From the NCBI GenBank assembly GCA_010093815.1, contig ML996576.1: DNA of 64,000 nucleotides; one strand, given 5' to 3'. The position numbers and the translations under genes are program-made. Below the pieces are notes generated by a model. The model was given only the letters and a program-made list of their open reading frames with translations. It had not been told where the DNA came from and made no database searches. Shown here in pieces: positions 53,081-64,000 of the stretch. Source of the DNA: Pseudovirgaria hyperparasitica (Eukaryota). How positions within the stretch are numbered: the stretch's first letter is position 1; every line of letters begins with the position of its first letter.

Positions 53081-53957
53081 ATGGCTGTCGGCAAGAACAA
53101 GCGTCTTTCAAAGGGAAAGAAGGGTCTCAAGAAGAAGACCGACGCCTTTGCGAAGAAAGACTGGTACTCAGTCAAGGCCCCTTCGACATTCCAGATCCGA
53201 GAGTACGCTATCGCGACGCTTCAATACGCTCGACCAATACTAACATGATGATTGTAGTGTTGGAAAGACCCTCGTCAATCGCACCACCGGTCTCAAGAAC
53301 GCCAACGACTCTCTGAAAGGAAGGATATTCGAGGTTTCATTGGCCGACCTTCAAAAGGATGAGGATCACGCCTTCCGCAAGGTCAAGCTACGGGTCGACG
53401 AAGTCCAAGGAAAGAACTGCCTCGCCAACTTCCACGGTCTCGACTTCACATCCGACAAGCTCCGATCTCTTGTTCGTAAATGGCAAACCCTGATCGATGC
53501 CAACGTAGTTGTCAAAACTACGGACGACTACCTCCTCCGTCTCTTCACTATTGGCTTCACGAAACGCCGCCCAAACCAGATCAAGAAGACCACATATGCT
53601 GCCTCATCGCAGATTCGTGCTATCCGAAAGAAGATGGTTGAGATCATGCAACGAGAGGCCTCAAGCTGCACACTGTCGCAGCTGACCACCAAGCTGATCC
53701 CGGAGGTTATTGGACGTGAGATCGAGAAGGCAACCCAGGGTATCTACCCTCTCCAGAATGTAAGCGGAACGAACAATCATTGGTTGTGCAGAAAGTGTCT
53801 AACATATTTGTAGGTATACGTCTGCAAGGTGAAGCTATTGAAGCAACCCAAGTTCGACCTCGGTGCTCTTTTGTCCCTCCACGGCGAGTCCTCGGCAGAT
53901 GATTCTGGCAAGGCTGTTGAGCGCGAGTTCAAGGAGACAGTACTTGAGGAGGTGTAA
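53081..53957 (+). CDS. RPS1: 40S ribosomal protein eS1 (S1/S3a), 3 exons
   Basis: [15 protein letters not shown]...[13 protein letters not shown]...IYPLQN...[14 protein letters not shown]...VLEEV*. Confidence 0.98.
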
Positions 53958-54371
53958 AGGGATATGGATATATGGATGCTTCTTTGGTCATTCGTCCCTG
54001 TTAGCATGGGATTGGTGTTTGAGTGTTTCTAAGAGAAAAATGGGACCATCAAAACGCCTTAGACAATGCGCTCTTGATATGTGATCACGATGTCCGCAGG
54101 CAATGCCTACGTTCTCCCTGTCTCGCATTCCTATCAATGGAACGCTGCTGTATGTGTCCGTCGCCATTCGCAATAATCACCAATATCGACCTTATCTATC
54201 CTAATGAGAGAATACTCAGCTCTTCGAACGACCAGCGTTCCCGACTGGCCTGTGACAGTTTACTTGTGGACCCGGCTTACATAATTTAGCTTATGCAGGC
54301 GCATATGGATGACATAGCCCGGCCGAACATCGAGAGTTTGATCTTCCCCTTGAATTTTTGCAACACTGCTC

Positions 54372-55407
54372 ATGAGGCCAGTCACGCTCTACCCTCGATT
54401 GAGGTGTGGTATATGTCAATTGAAAGCACAGCCTCGGAGGAGCTTTACAACCTCGCCGCTACTCCGTGAGCTCGACCTCGCATATGACTACTACTCCCCA
54501 CCGACCGAGGAGGAGGCCAATCGCAATGCTCCAATTCTCTTCTTACACGGCTTGTTTGGCTCTAAGAAGAACAACAGGAGCATGAGTAAGTAAGGCAGAA
54601 AGCACTAAAGCGTTCATGCAGTGTATTGACGCGAATAGAGTGCTTGCGCGAGACTTGAAGAGACCTGTATATGCACTCGTATGTCGAGAGACTGCCCACA
54701 TTACCGTGTTCACCAGTACAACAATGATTGACGCCGTTCAGGACCTCAGAAACCATGGTGACTCGCCTCACCACCCGCTGCACACCTACTCTGCCCTCGC
54801 CTCCGATGTCGAACATTTCATTCGCACGCACTCTCTCACCAACAGCACCTTAATCGGGCATTCCATGGGCGCAAAAACCGCCATGGCCGTCGCCCTTCGC
54901 TCGTCTGATCTTGTTGCAAATCTGATTTCTGTCGATAACGCACCCGTGGATGCAACACTAAAATCTTACTTCCATCAGTACGTGCGCGGCATGCAACGCA
55001 TCGAGGCCATTGGCGTGACGTCGCAGAAAGAGGCCGACGCGATACTGGCCGAGTACGAGAAAAATGAGGCTATAAGGTTGTTCCTCTTGACAAATCTAGT
55101 GCGCACGAAAGGGGAGAGAGAGATGCGATTTCGTGTACCTCTTAAGATCCTCGCTGGAGCACTGGACGAGCTTGGCAGCTTTCCGTTTGTAGATCCGGAT
55201 AAGGTGCGGTATGAGAAACCTGCGCTGTTTGTGCGGGGAACAAAGAGTCACTATATTCCGGACGACGTAATTCCCATTGTCGGCCGATTCTTTCCTAAAT
55301 TCAGCCTGGCGGATGTTGAGGCTGGTCATTGGGTAATTTCAGAAAACCCAGAGCCGTTCAAGGAGGCTGTAGAAGAGTTCTTGCTGGACGCGGATGAGAA
55401 AGATTGA
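54372..55407 (+). CDS. Mitochondrial alpha/beta-hydrolase, ABHD11-like (3 exons)
   Basis: Presequence-like N-terminus, FLHGLFGSKKN, DLRNHGDSPH, nucleophile GHSMG and AGHWVISENP. Confidence 0.9.
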
Positions 55408-55945
55408 AGATCGGAATAATCTGAGCCGTCATTTCAGCGCAATATCTCAATACCTGTGTGAATGTAAAGATGTGTAATGAATGCATATACTTTTCCATCG
55501 ATTTCCAATGAGATTTGGGCCAATCTAGAGACTAGGCCGCAAGGACAAGTACAAGCAGCATTTGGCGCTTTCTATCTATTTAGAACTATGCCCATCTGCA
55601 AATGAGTAAAACGTCGCGATCATAACAATATTAGTTTGCGCATATACACCAGCAATCCAAAGTCTTCAGAGCCAGACATAGCACTACGGAAAAGTCTCTG
55701 CGAATGCACTATTCGCCTACGAGAACCATATTCGCCGTGTCCAGAACTTGGACCAAACTCCCTACCGCATGTCCAAGAGGAAAAAAACCCTTATGACGCC
55801 TGAAGATCAATGTCTAAGGATATCAAGAGCTATACACAAAGCCAACCCATCCCTCTGTCCTGTGCAGAATAGTGTCGTCTCTTTCGTAATTTGCATGGAT
55901 AATATGCGTCGTGAAGCCCTAGCGGACCGTGTCGGCGAGGTCGGG

Positions 55946-58568
55946 TCAACTCAAGCCTACAGTCTGAGCCGTGAAATGATGATCGGTGCGCGAATGAGGT
56001 ATAGACGCAATTTTGAGAGCTAGATCGGAGTCGTCGATGAAGGACATGCCGATGCCACTATCGTCAAGGTCGTTATCGAATTTCTGATGTTGAGTGAGAT
56101 CGTGTTGGTAGTTTTCATTGTGAACTAAACCAATATTAGTCTATGTCACTTCACATGATTAGGCACGATAGATCATACGCTCGTTCGTTGGCCCAGCTGC
56201 TTGTTGATAGCCCCCTTGGGCATTTCCAGGCAAGTTAGTCGCACCAAAGTTTTCAACAAGACTGCTATACCGACTGCCATTGTTTGTATCGCCGCCCGTG
56301 GTGGACACAACCCCTTCCAGCCCAAGACCTAATGGAGATAGGCCCTGAAGATCACGCGGCAGGGTTGTTCGATGCTCCAGAAATCCTCCAAGAGAGGCGA
56401 ACCAAAGACACATCTCATCGATGAACATTTTGATGGCCCACCATGCCTGGAAACTGGATCCACCATTTGCGGTGATCTCTCTCAGAGCAGCTGTGCCAAT
56501 CGTGCTGACACAGGCGAGTAACGTCCTTGCGCTGGCTTGTGGAAACAGTGCCGGTATGTTATCAACGAACTTGATTATACGATCGATCCAGCCTTCATCG
56601 GAGGTGGCACAAGGTTTCGTAGCCGCGTAGAGTTCATTCAGACCTTGAGAAAACGAATCGCCCTCGGTAGGTTGAGGAACATTCTCATTTACAAGCAAGT
56701 CACGAATACCATTGGTCAGGATCTTTTCAGCATTTTCGTAGCCACATCCTGGGAGTTCACTCTCCATTATTCGCTTGACATTGACCCTTTGCGTCCAATC
56801 GCCCCACATGAGATTAACTTGTTCTGCATGTTGCAAAAATGCCGTGGCGGTATGTGCAGACTCGTTCGTTATCAGCGAGCGGTGAAGAAGATGTGCGAAC
56901 AGAGATGCGGGCTCAAGTTTGGCTTCCAGAACGTGGTTCGGGCTTTTCTGGAATGTGTGGGTGATCTGAGTATGGAGTGTAGCCGCAATGGACTTCAAAA
57001 ACGTGGTAACCGTATGAGGTAGTGTTTGAAAAGTAATTCCTGCAATGAAGCGAATCATTTTTTGATACATGCGCCAGTCGCACTCCTTGATCCACGGTAC
57101 TGTGTCTGGATGATGGAAGACTTTCTCCAGCGGAACAGTCATATTGCCCATGAAAGTTTTGAACACTTTGTTGAACATTTTGGGTTTGCAGTACCGGAAG
57201 CTGTCCATAAGATTAGTACAGTGCGTACGGTAGTTAGCAGCAAGACCATAGGCGGCATCTTTGTCTGTTTTGCTTGGGACGTATTCAAATATATCCGGGA
57301 GTTCCAGCTCAACGTTGTCGTCTATTCGCTGCTGCGGCAGTAAGAATTTGAGTTTCTGGGCGTACATGACACTTGTTCTGGGCCTCTCAGAACCCCAGGA
57401 GGAGAGAGGATCAGCATATATTCGGGAATGAGTGTCTTGACCTTCTGTAATTAATTGTGGTAACTGGAGATTTGAGGTATGCGCCTCCTGAATTGGAAAA
57501 ACTGCGGCGTCAACGGGCAGGTTTCTTTGTTGACTTCTCATGTCAGCTTGGCCATGGGACAGGTCAGGTAAGCATACCTTGGTTGAGCTTGCGTAGCGAA
57601 CTGCATACTACTTGGTGCCATGGAGTTACTTCTGCTATGTGCACCAACGGCACGGTCAACCTCGGGTGTGTTGTGGTGGCCGTTATCATCAATGAGGGCT
57701 AGATCCACGTAATGATACTTTGACTCGCCGCGCACTCCTAGGCGTCTTGTTGTGATGTCTGGAAACATTACACGCACCAATTTACCGAATGATGCAGGAT
57801 TGAGAGGTATCACACGTTCGAGACCGCAACGTGTGGCATAGTACGAATATACCCTATTTCGTGGCACCGACGTTTTGGCTTTCTTGCAGCTTGCCCTGAT
57901 CCTATGTCATGGTCAGTACGGTGGTAACAGTGTCCTATGTGTAGCATTGTTTACCAGAGCATTGCGAATAATTGTTTTGTTCTCTCGGATCGAGGGGTTC
58001 GCTCAGTCTTGACAACCTCTATAGCGACGTCTTTCAGTGGGCGATCCATATTCGATGCTAGAAGGTCCCTCAACTCGCGATCATTGGTAGCTGTTGCTTG
58101 TGAACCCCTCTTCTTCTTCTGCTGGGGCTCTTGACTCTTCTCAGGCAGATTCTGAATATGCTGCGATTGGTCGTATATGTCTCCAAGACCACCGAACTCG
58201 CCTCCATTTTGCATCCCTACAAATTGACCATGGTGGCTATTCATATGAGCTATTTCTCCGAGACCATGTAGGGATGCGTCCAGAAGTGCATCGTTCCCGT
58301 GTTGCCCATTGGAGTCCGCGTATTTCATGTTGAGAAGGGCGCGTTCAATCTTGAGGTCACCCGAATTGTTCGCCGCGTCGAAGTTTGCGAATTGCTCATG
58401 GCTAAATTGTGATTGCCGACGACTGTCCGTTGGTGCGCTGTGGTGATCGAATGATTGTATACTTGTAGTTGATGCTCGAGAAACAGGCCGCTGTCCATTG
58501 CTTTCGATTGAGTTGTACGTTGTGGCAGAGTGCGGACGTTTGCCCAGATGAGAATGTATATGTGACAT
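55946..58568 (-). CDS. RFX1: RFX-family winged-helix transcription factor (Rfx1/Crt1/CPCR1-like), 4 coding exons
   Basis: RFX DNA-binding domain: QLFAMLW...VPRNRVYSYY...LNPASFGKLVRVMFP...RRLGVRGESKYHY. The last exon contains DDSGIGM. Start codon is tentative because an upstream intron is likely. Confidence 0.88.
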
Positions 58569-59396
58569 TGTTTGAACTGCTGCAAAGCTCGAACCTCTAG
58601 TGCTCAAATATTAGACGTGTTTACAAGTGACTAGAACGATCATGTTGTATATCACAGAGCACGAAATGGTGCGATAGCGAGGAAACTTACATACCGTGGT
58701 TCTGTCTCAAGAAAGTCTTAGGGAAAGGCCTAATCTATATTCTCTTTGGCATAGGAAGCACGAATAGTCGGCTTGCAAAGCTCTGGGAAGTCTCTAGCCA
58801 GCGTGTTTTGATCCAAGAATGCGCGGCGACCGCAGGAGATGAGCCGCTTTAGTCCTCTAGTCGATCGATAAATTGCTAGATGTTAGTATCGTAAGCTAGC
58901 GAAAGTAGTCCGACAGGTGCGCCCGAGATGTTGCGTCGTTAATGTTGTGTCGTCAATTGAAGTTGTGATGTTTCTGTTTACCCAAACAAGAGCTGGACGG
59001 ACAACGCTTGTGCCAAGCCAAGGCCGCTAGCTCATCTTTCAGTCACGTGGACCTACATTCTCATCTCAACAACATTTCTTCATTCGGAAATTGCCTTAGA
59101 ACGGACATTAATAGGTCTTAAGATATTATCTTGCGTTATGAAAACTTGATGTCGTACAAGGGAGCCTCATCATTAAATGGAGAATGCTCCGGCGCTTGCA
59201 GATCGAAAGTCAGGTGACCCTGCCACACTTCACCCGCTGATTACGTCGTTTCGCTCCTTCACCCACAAACCACACCATATTGTCCCCGACATTACTCTTA
59301 CATCATTTCCGGACTCTCGTACTTCACGTTTCAACGCCAGTAAAACTCGTCGAACACCTTTATTTGCTCATCTAGTTCCTCAGACATTCCGACAAA

Positions 59397-60352
59397 ATGT
59401 CTATTCAAGATCGCGCACAGCATCAAATCTCGCAGCTCGATAAGGAGGTACGCTATCTTCAGATGAATCCACACCAATATACCCCTCATTCCCAGCAACC
59501 CAACAACACAGCAACAGTTGATGTGTCATGTCTCGGCCTTCTGATCGATCTTCTCTTGCATTTTACTGACATGAACCGTTCTTCCACAGCTATCGAAATA
59601 CAGCATTCTCAATGACTTTGAGAAGCAGACCTCCGTTCCGAAAGTCTACGTAGTTCTCGGACTTGGAGCCCTCTATTTTTTCCTCATATTCTTCAACATC
59701 GCTGGCGAATTCCTCGTCAACACCGCTGGGTTCGCACTTCCTGCCTACTACTCTTTAGATGCTTTGTTCAGCACCGGAAAGGCAGATGATACACAAGTCA
59801 GTCGTACAGTCGTGCGATGCCACATTCGAACAATGCTAATCAGCTTCACAGTGGTTGACTGTAAGCCAATACTAGCAAGCATGAGCTGCATTTATCATTC
59901 ATACCGTTTGTCTAATACTCCTACACGTGACTAACAACATTGTCATTCTAGTACTGGGTAGTCTACGCATTCTTGACGTAAGTAGAGACTCCGTGTATGT
60001 TGCACTTCCTGACTAACGAACAACAGTGTGTTCGAGAGCGCTGTGAACGCTGTGTACTGGTTCCGTATGTTCTCGACAGGCACTCCGTTGAAATACATAT
60101 ATCTAACTGAATTGCTAGCGTTTTACTATACGTTCAAGTTCGTTGCCATCCTCTGGATGTCGCTTCCACAGACCGCGTAAGCATCCCCTCCATCCTAAAG
60201 TAAACGAGCTTCTAGAGCTGACACCTGGCGAAAGTGGTGCCCAGATTGTCTTCCGATCAGCTCTACAGCCCCTATTCGCCCGTTTCTTCACCGGCGGATC
60301 CACTTCTGCCAACCTTCGTACTCAAGCCGAGTCTGCCGCCAAGACCCAGTAA
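59397..60352 (+). CDS. YOP1: ER membrane-shaping protein Yop1 (REEP/DP1), 7 exons including micro-exons
   Basis: Spliced MSIQDRAQHQISQLDKELSKY...PAYYSLDAL...DDTQWLTYWVVYAFLTVFES...WFPFYYTFKF...GAQIVF...AAKTQ*. Confidence 0.93.
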
Positions 60353-61110
60353 ATTGCTCCAGATAGCGGTCGTGGATGATATCCGCACGCCGGTTTGTGC
60401 ACTTTGAATATCTCGTTGCGCGATCGATATTGCAGGTGTCCCGGCGCAGTAATGAAAAAGCACTTGGATCATAAAGGATGAGAACGAAAGTGGTGCATAG
60501 GATTGAAACCTCCGTCTTTTCTAGGCTCACAGAGGTGCTGGAATGGAGGAATGGTGACGGGTGATTTTCTTGAGAGAATTGCTATAGAATGAATGGGGAG
60601 AGAATGGGAGTATGTTTCTTCATTGTTTGACGGCAGTTCCCCGAACTGGCGTTGTAGTGAGCACGTCGTGCTGGGCGTAACGACCGAGTTATTCTTCAAC
60701 GCTAGCAAGTGATGGGGTATGAGTCAACTTCTTCAATACGTTAGCTTGCGTAGAATATCATTCTCTCATCACTTTTATAACGACACATGCGACCATCACC
60801 CTCTGCGTTGCGTGTCTTATTCATCCATGTTTTAGCTATGTATGCGCCAAGCATTTTGACTACCAGGTTGCCATCCACAGACCAGGGAAGGTCCCGTGCG
60901 CTAGTACATCAATGCGTCCGTACTGGCTAACAAGTTGAATAACTCGGGAGGCTGCATGCACTTCAAGCCGAGAGACCTCAAGCCGAGAGACCTCGAATGC
61001 GATTGCTGCACGACTGATGAGATACTCTCCATGTGTCTCTCTTGATAATCAGAGCCAGATGTTCTATACATACGTCTCCACCGTTCGAATCTGAATCGAC
61101 AGTAAACGAC

Positions 61111-64000
61111 ATGTCTCGTCTCCCCCCTTCGCGCGCCGGTATGAACGGAGGTGGAGGGGGCTATAGCAATGGTTACTACAGCGAGCGCTCTCCAAGAGGC
61201 CACGATCAGGATGGGATCGGAGGCGCATCTTCAAGAGCCCCGATACCCGAACGCCGCGGACAAGGTCGACGTCCTGGAGGCTACGGAGGATTTGACGACA
61301 GCCAAAGTCTCGAGGAAGAGCCAAAAGTGGGGAGACCGTCCAGTATAGAGCGTAGACAAGCGCAGCGTAGAAGTGGCGACTTCAACGGGAGAAGAGATCG
61401 CAGTGGAGGAAAAGGCTACGGGGAAGGTGATGGGGGCAAGCAGATCGAAAAAGTACTGCAATATATTAAACAGGACTGGGACTACATGGCCGAGGACGAA
61501 TGCGTGCCGGTGCAAATAGCATTGAAGCTCCTGGATCCAAGCTCACTAGGGCTAGCAAATCGATATCGTGATTTTCAAAACACGCACCAGCGACTTCAAG
61601 ACGCCCTCAAAGCTATCGTAAACGAACACCATCAGGGGTTTAATAGCTCTATTGGAACTTTCCACAAGATTCAGAGCAGTCTCCAATTCTCCCAGAATCG
61701 AGTGAGGACTCTGAAAGACTCTCTCGTTGTGTCTAAGACAAACTTAGCGACTACGAAGCCTGAGCTCAAGGGCCTCGCGACCGCCTCCCAAAACTACGAT
61801 GACATGTTACAAGTGTTGGCCACCATTGAAGAGCTGCAACTGGTCCCAGAGAAGTTAGAAGCACGAATATCAGAGAAGCGATTCCTGACTGCAGTGGAGA
61901 TATTACAAGATGCGCTGGTGCTCATCAGGAAGTCCGAGATGGAAAGCATCGGGGCATTAAGTGACTTGAAAGTATACCTTAGCAACCAGGAGCACTCTCT
62001 GACAGACATTCTGATCGAAGAGTTACACAGTCATCTATACCTGAAGTCGCCGTACTGTGAAGACAGATGGAAAGTATACGCACAGAATCAACCAAAGGCC
62101 GCCAGTGCAGATGGATCTACAACGATAGATTCTCGTAGTAGAGCTCTGTATTACTTCCTCGAACGCCTGGATACATCCGAGGCCATGATTGACGATGCAT
62201 CTCGCAATCCTGAAGCGGACACGTTCCATTATATACACCTCCTCATCGAGTCTCTGAATAAGCTCGGTCGGCTCGACATCGCTATCGACACTATCGAGCA
62301 ACGGCTGCCGATAGAGCTGTCTAGAGTCGGGGAGAAGTCCAATAATGAGGTAGCGCAACGCCATCCAAGCACTCTGCGTGCATATGCGAACAAGGGCTAC
62401 AGCAAGTACGATTTCGCGCTGGACACAGATGACGCTCGATCAGCACTTCTCAATGACCTCCTGTGGACTTTGTATGCACGTTTTGAAGCCATTGCCGAGG
62501 GCCACCGTGTGGTTCACGACGTAGTTGTAGGAATTCTGAGAAGGGAGAGGCAAGCTGAAGATCAAACCTTGACCCGTGGATTCAAGGAACTATGGAAGCT
62601 GTTTCAGAGTGAGATACGCTCGCTACTTCATGACTACCTGGCGACAGATGATAATCCGTCATATCGACCTGGGCAGGCGACAAACGCATCCGGCAATCCG
62701 TTCCAGAAGGCACCGCGTGACAAGAACAAGCGCATGTTCAAGCTCTCCGAAATGGACCTTAAGTCGACCGAACTTGCAACAGACAAGGACGATTTGGAAT
62801 TCATCCTCAAATCATCCGTACCTGGGCTGGTCTCTGCAGCAAAACAACCAGACGGCTCCATTGTCAGTAACAGCGCCGCCATGCATGATGGCAGTGCAAC
62901 AGGCCATAAACTCCTCGTCGAACCCAGCGTCTTTAACATGGGTCTCCTCCTTCCGCCATCCCTCGACTTTCTTAGCCGCCTCAAAGAAGTCGTCCCGCCA
63001 AACTCCGATATCATCCTCAGCACCCTCACCTCCTTCCTTGACGACTTCCTCGTCAATGTATTCCACCCCCAGCTAGACGAGACGCTTGTGGAGCTCTGCG
63101 CCCAGACTTTCATCGAAGTGGACGCTTTCCAGCAAGACTCGCAATGGGCACAGGTATCTCAAAAGCCTGTTTTCAAGGGCACGACACGGTTCTTCGGTCT
63201 CATCATCGCCTTCTGCAGAATGCTGGATAACCTGCCGCATGACCAGAGCATCAGCCAGCTGATCATAACACAGATGGTCACGTACTACGACAAGTGCTTT
63301 GGATGGTACAAAGCGCTGGTGTCACGCACACAGCCGAAGGCAAAGACGGGCAGTCGGCTCAAGAAGAGCGCTGCGTTTGTGGAGATGGATGAGTTCACTG
63401 GTGTGCTGAAGACGCTTCTACAGCCGCCTATCGAAGACGTAGACCAAGTCCTCACACAGGAAATCAATGTCCTCATCAACCTCTGCGATGAAGATCCTCT
63501 CGAAGAAGCAGACCTCATACTGCAGCGGAAGAGCATCACAGGCCTCTGCATGCTCTACACTAGCATGGTTAGTCGATCATATCCCCTTTTCACTCACCAC
63601 AACTAATCAAAATTCCATCAGAAATGGCTCGCGGCCAAAGTCAACGCCCTCCGCTACATCTCCGACCGTGCAACGAACTCGTCCGCGCCCCGCCACTCCG
63701 GCCCCGGTCAACCTAAACGCAATCGCTGGACCCTCGTTGCCACATCCTCCAACTCGCGTCCCGACAACCAAGCCGTGTACCTGCCCCTCGCGCCCGAAAC
63801 CGCCATAGCCTTCGACGGCGTCGTGGCCTCCTTCTCCGAGCTCGCGTCCAGCGTGCTGCAGACTCTGCACTTCGAGATGCGCTGCCACGTGCTGCATGCC
63901 GTCACCGCCTCCATGCGTGGCAGTTTCGCGCTTGAGCAGGAAGTCAGCGAGCCAGACGCCAGCATCGCAGCCTTGAACAGCGACCTAGTCGGCTTCGACG
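61111..64000 (+). CDS. SEC8: Exocyst component Sec8 (3' end outside the window; intron about 63568-63621)
   Basis: VNEHHQGFNSSIGTF, VPEKLEARISEKRFLTAV, LIEELHSHLYLKSPY, NPEADTFHYI and GHKLLVEPSVFNM. The frame continues after the intron to the window end. Confidence 0.92.

Noticed and set aside
61033..61110. ORF-track N-terminal extension of SEC8 from a GTG codon
   Set aside because: Bacterial-style start call. The first in-frame ATG with good context is at 61111.

Overview
Eukaryotic, intron-rich, gene-dense sequence from a filamentous ascomycete (Pezizomycotina; inferred from short GT-AG introns with CTRAY branch sites and from the protein sequences). Most of the window is conserved housekeeping genes: FUR1/UPRT, WAPL, myosin V, SER3, an SDR, NAP1, a sucrose-transporter-like MFS gene, SES1, Rheb, a long coiled-coil protein, MSW1, RVS161, AOS1, an uncharacterised protein, PBN1, RPS1, an ABHD11-like hydrolase, an RFX transcription factor, YOP1 and SEC8 (runs off the right end). 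Between the MFS gene and SES1 lies an approximately 10.5 kb accessory-type block of five apparently intact genes: a cytochrome P450 with an atypical I-helix, divergently paired with a class I terpene cyclase, then a hemerythrin-like di-iron protein, a PTH11-like membrane protein and a SAM-dependent O-methyltransferase. This candidate terpenoid biosynthetic cluster is the best lead for an undescribed system. A second signal is a set of abrupt C/A-rich to G/T-rich strand-skew switches that override synonymous codon choice and coincide with microsatellite fields. Smaller observations include a GC-AG intron in SES1, Gcn4/CpcA-type sites upstream of both serine genes, and an SDR with His in place of the catalytic Tyr. 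All gene models were spliced by eye, no database searches were run, and family assignments rest on motif recognition. There is one assembly gap (5433-5517). No tRNA, rRNA, CRISPR array or recognisable transposon was found.
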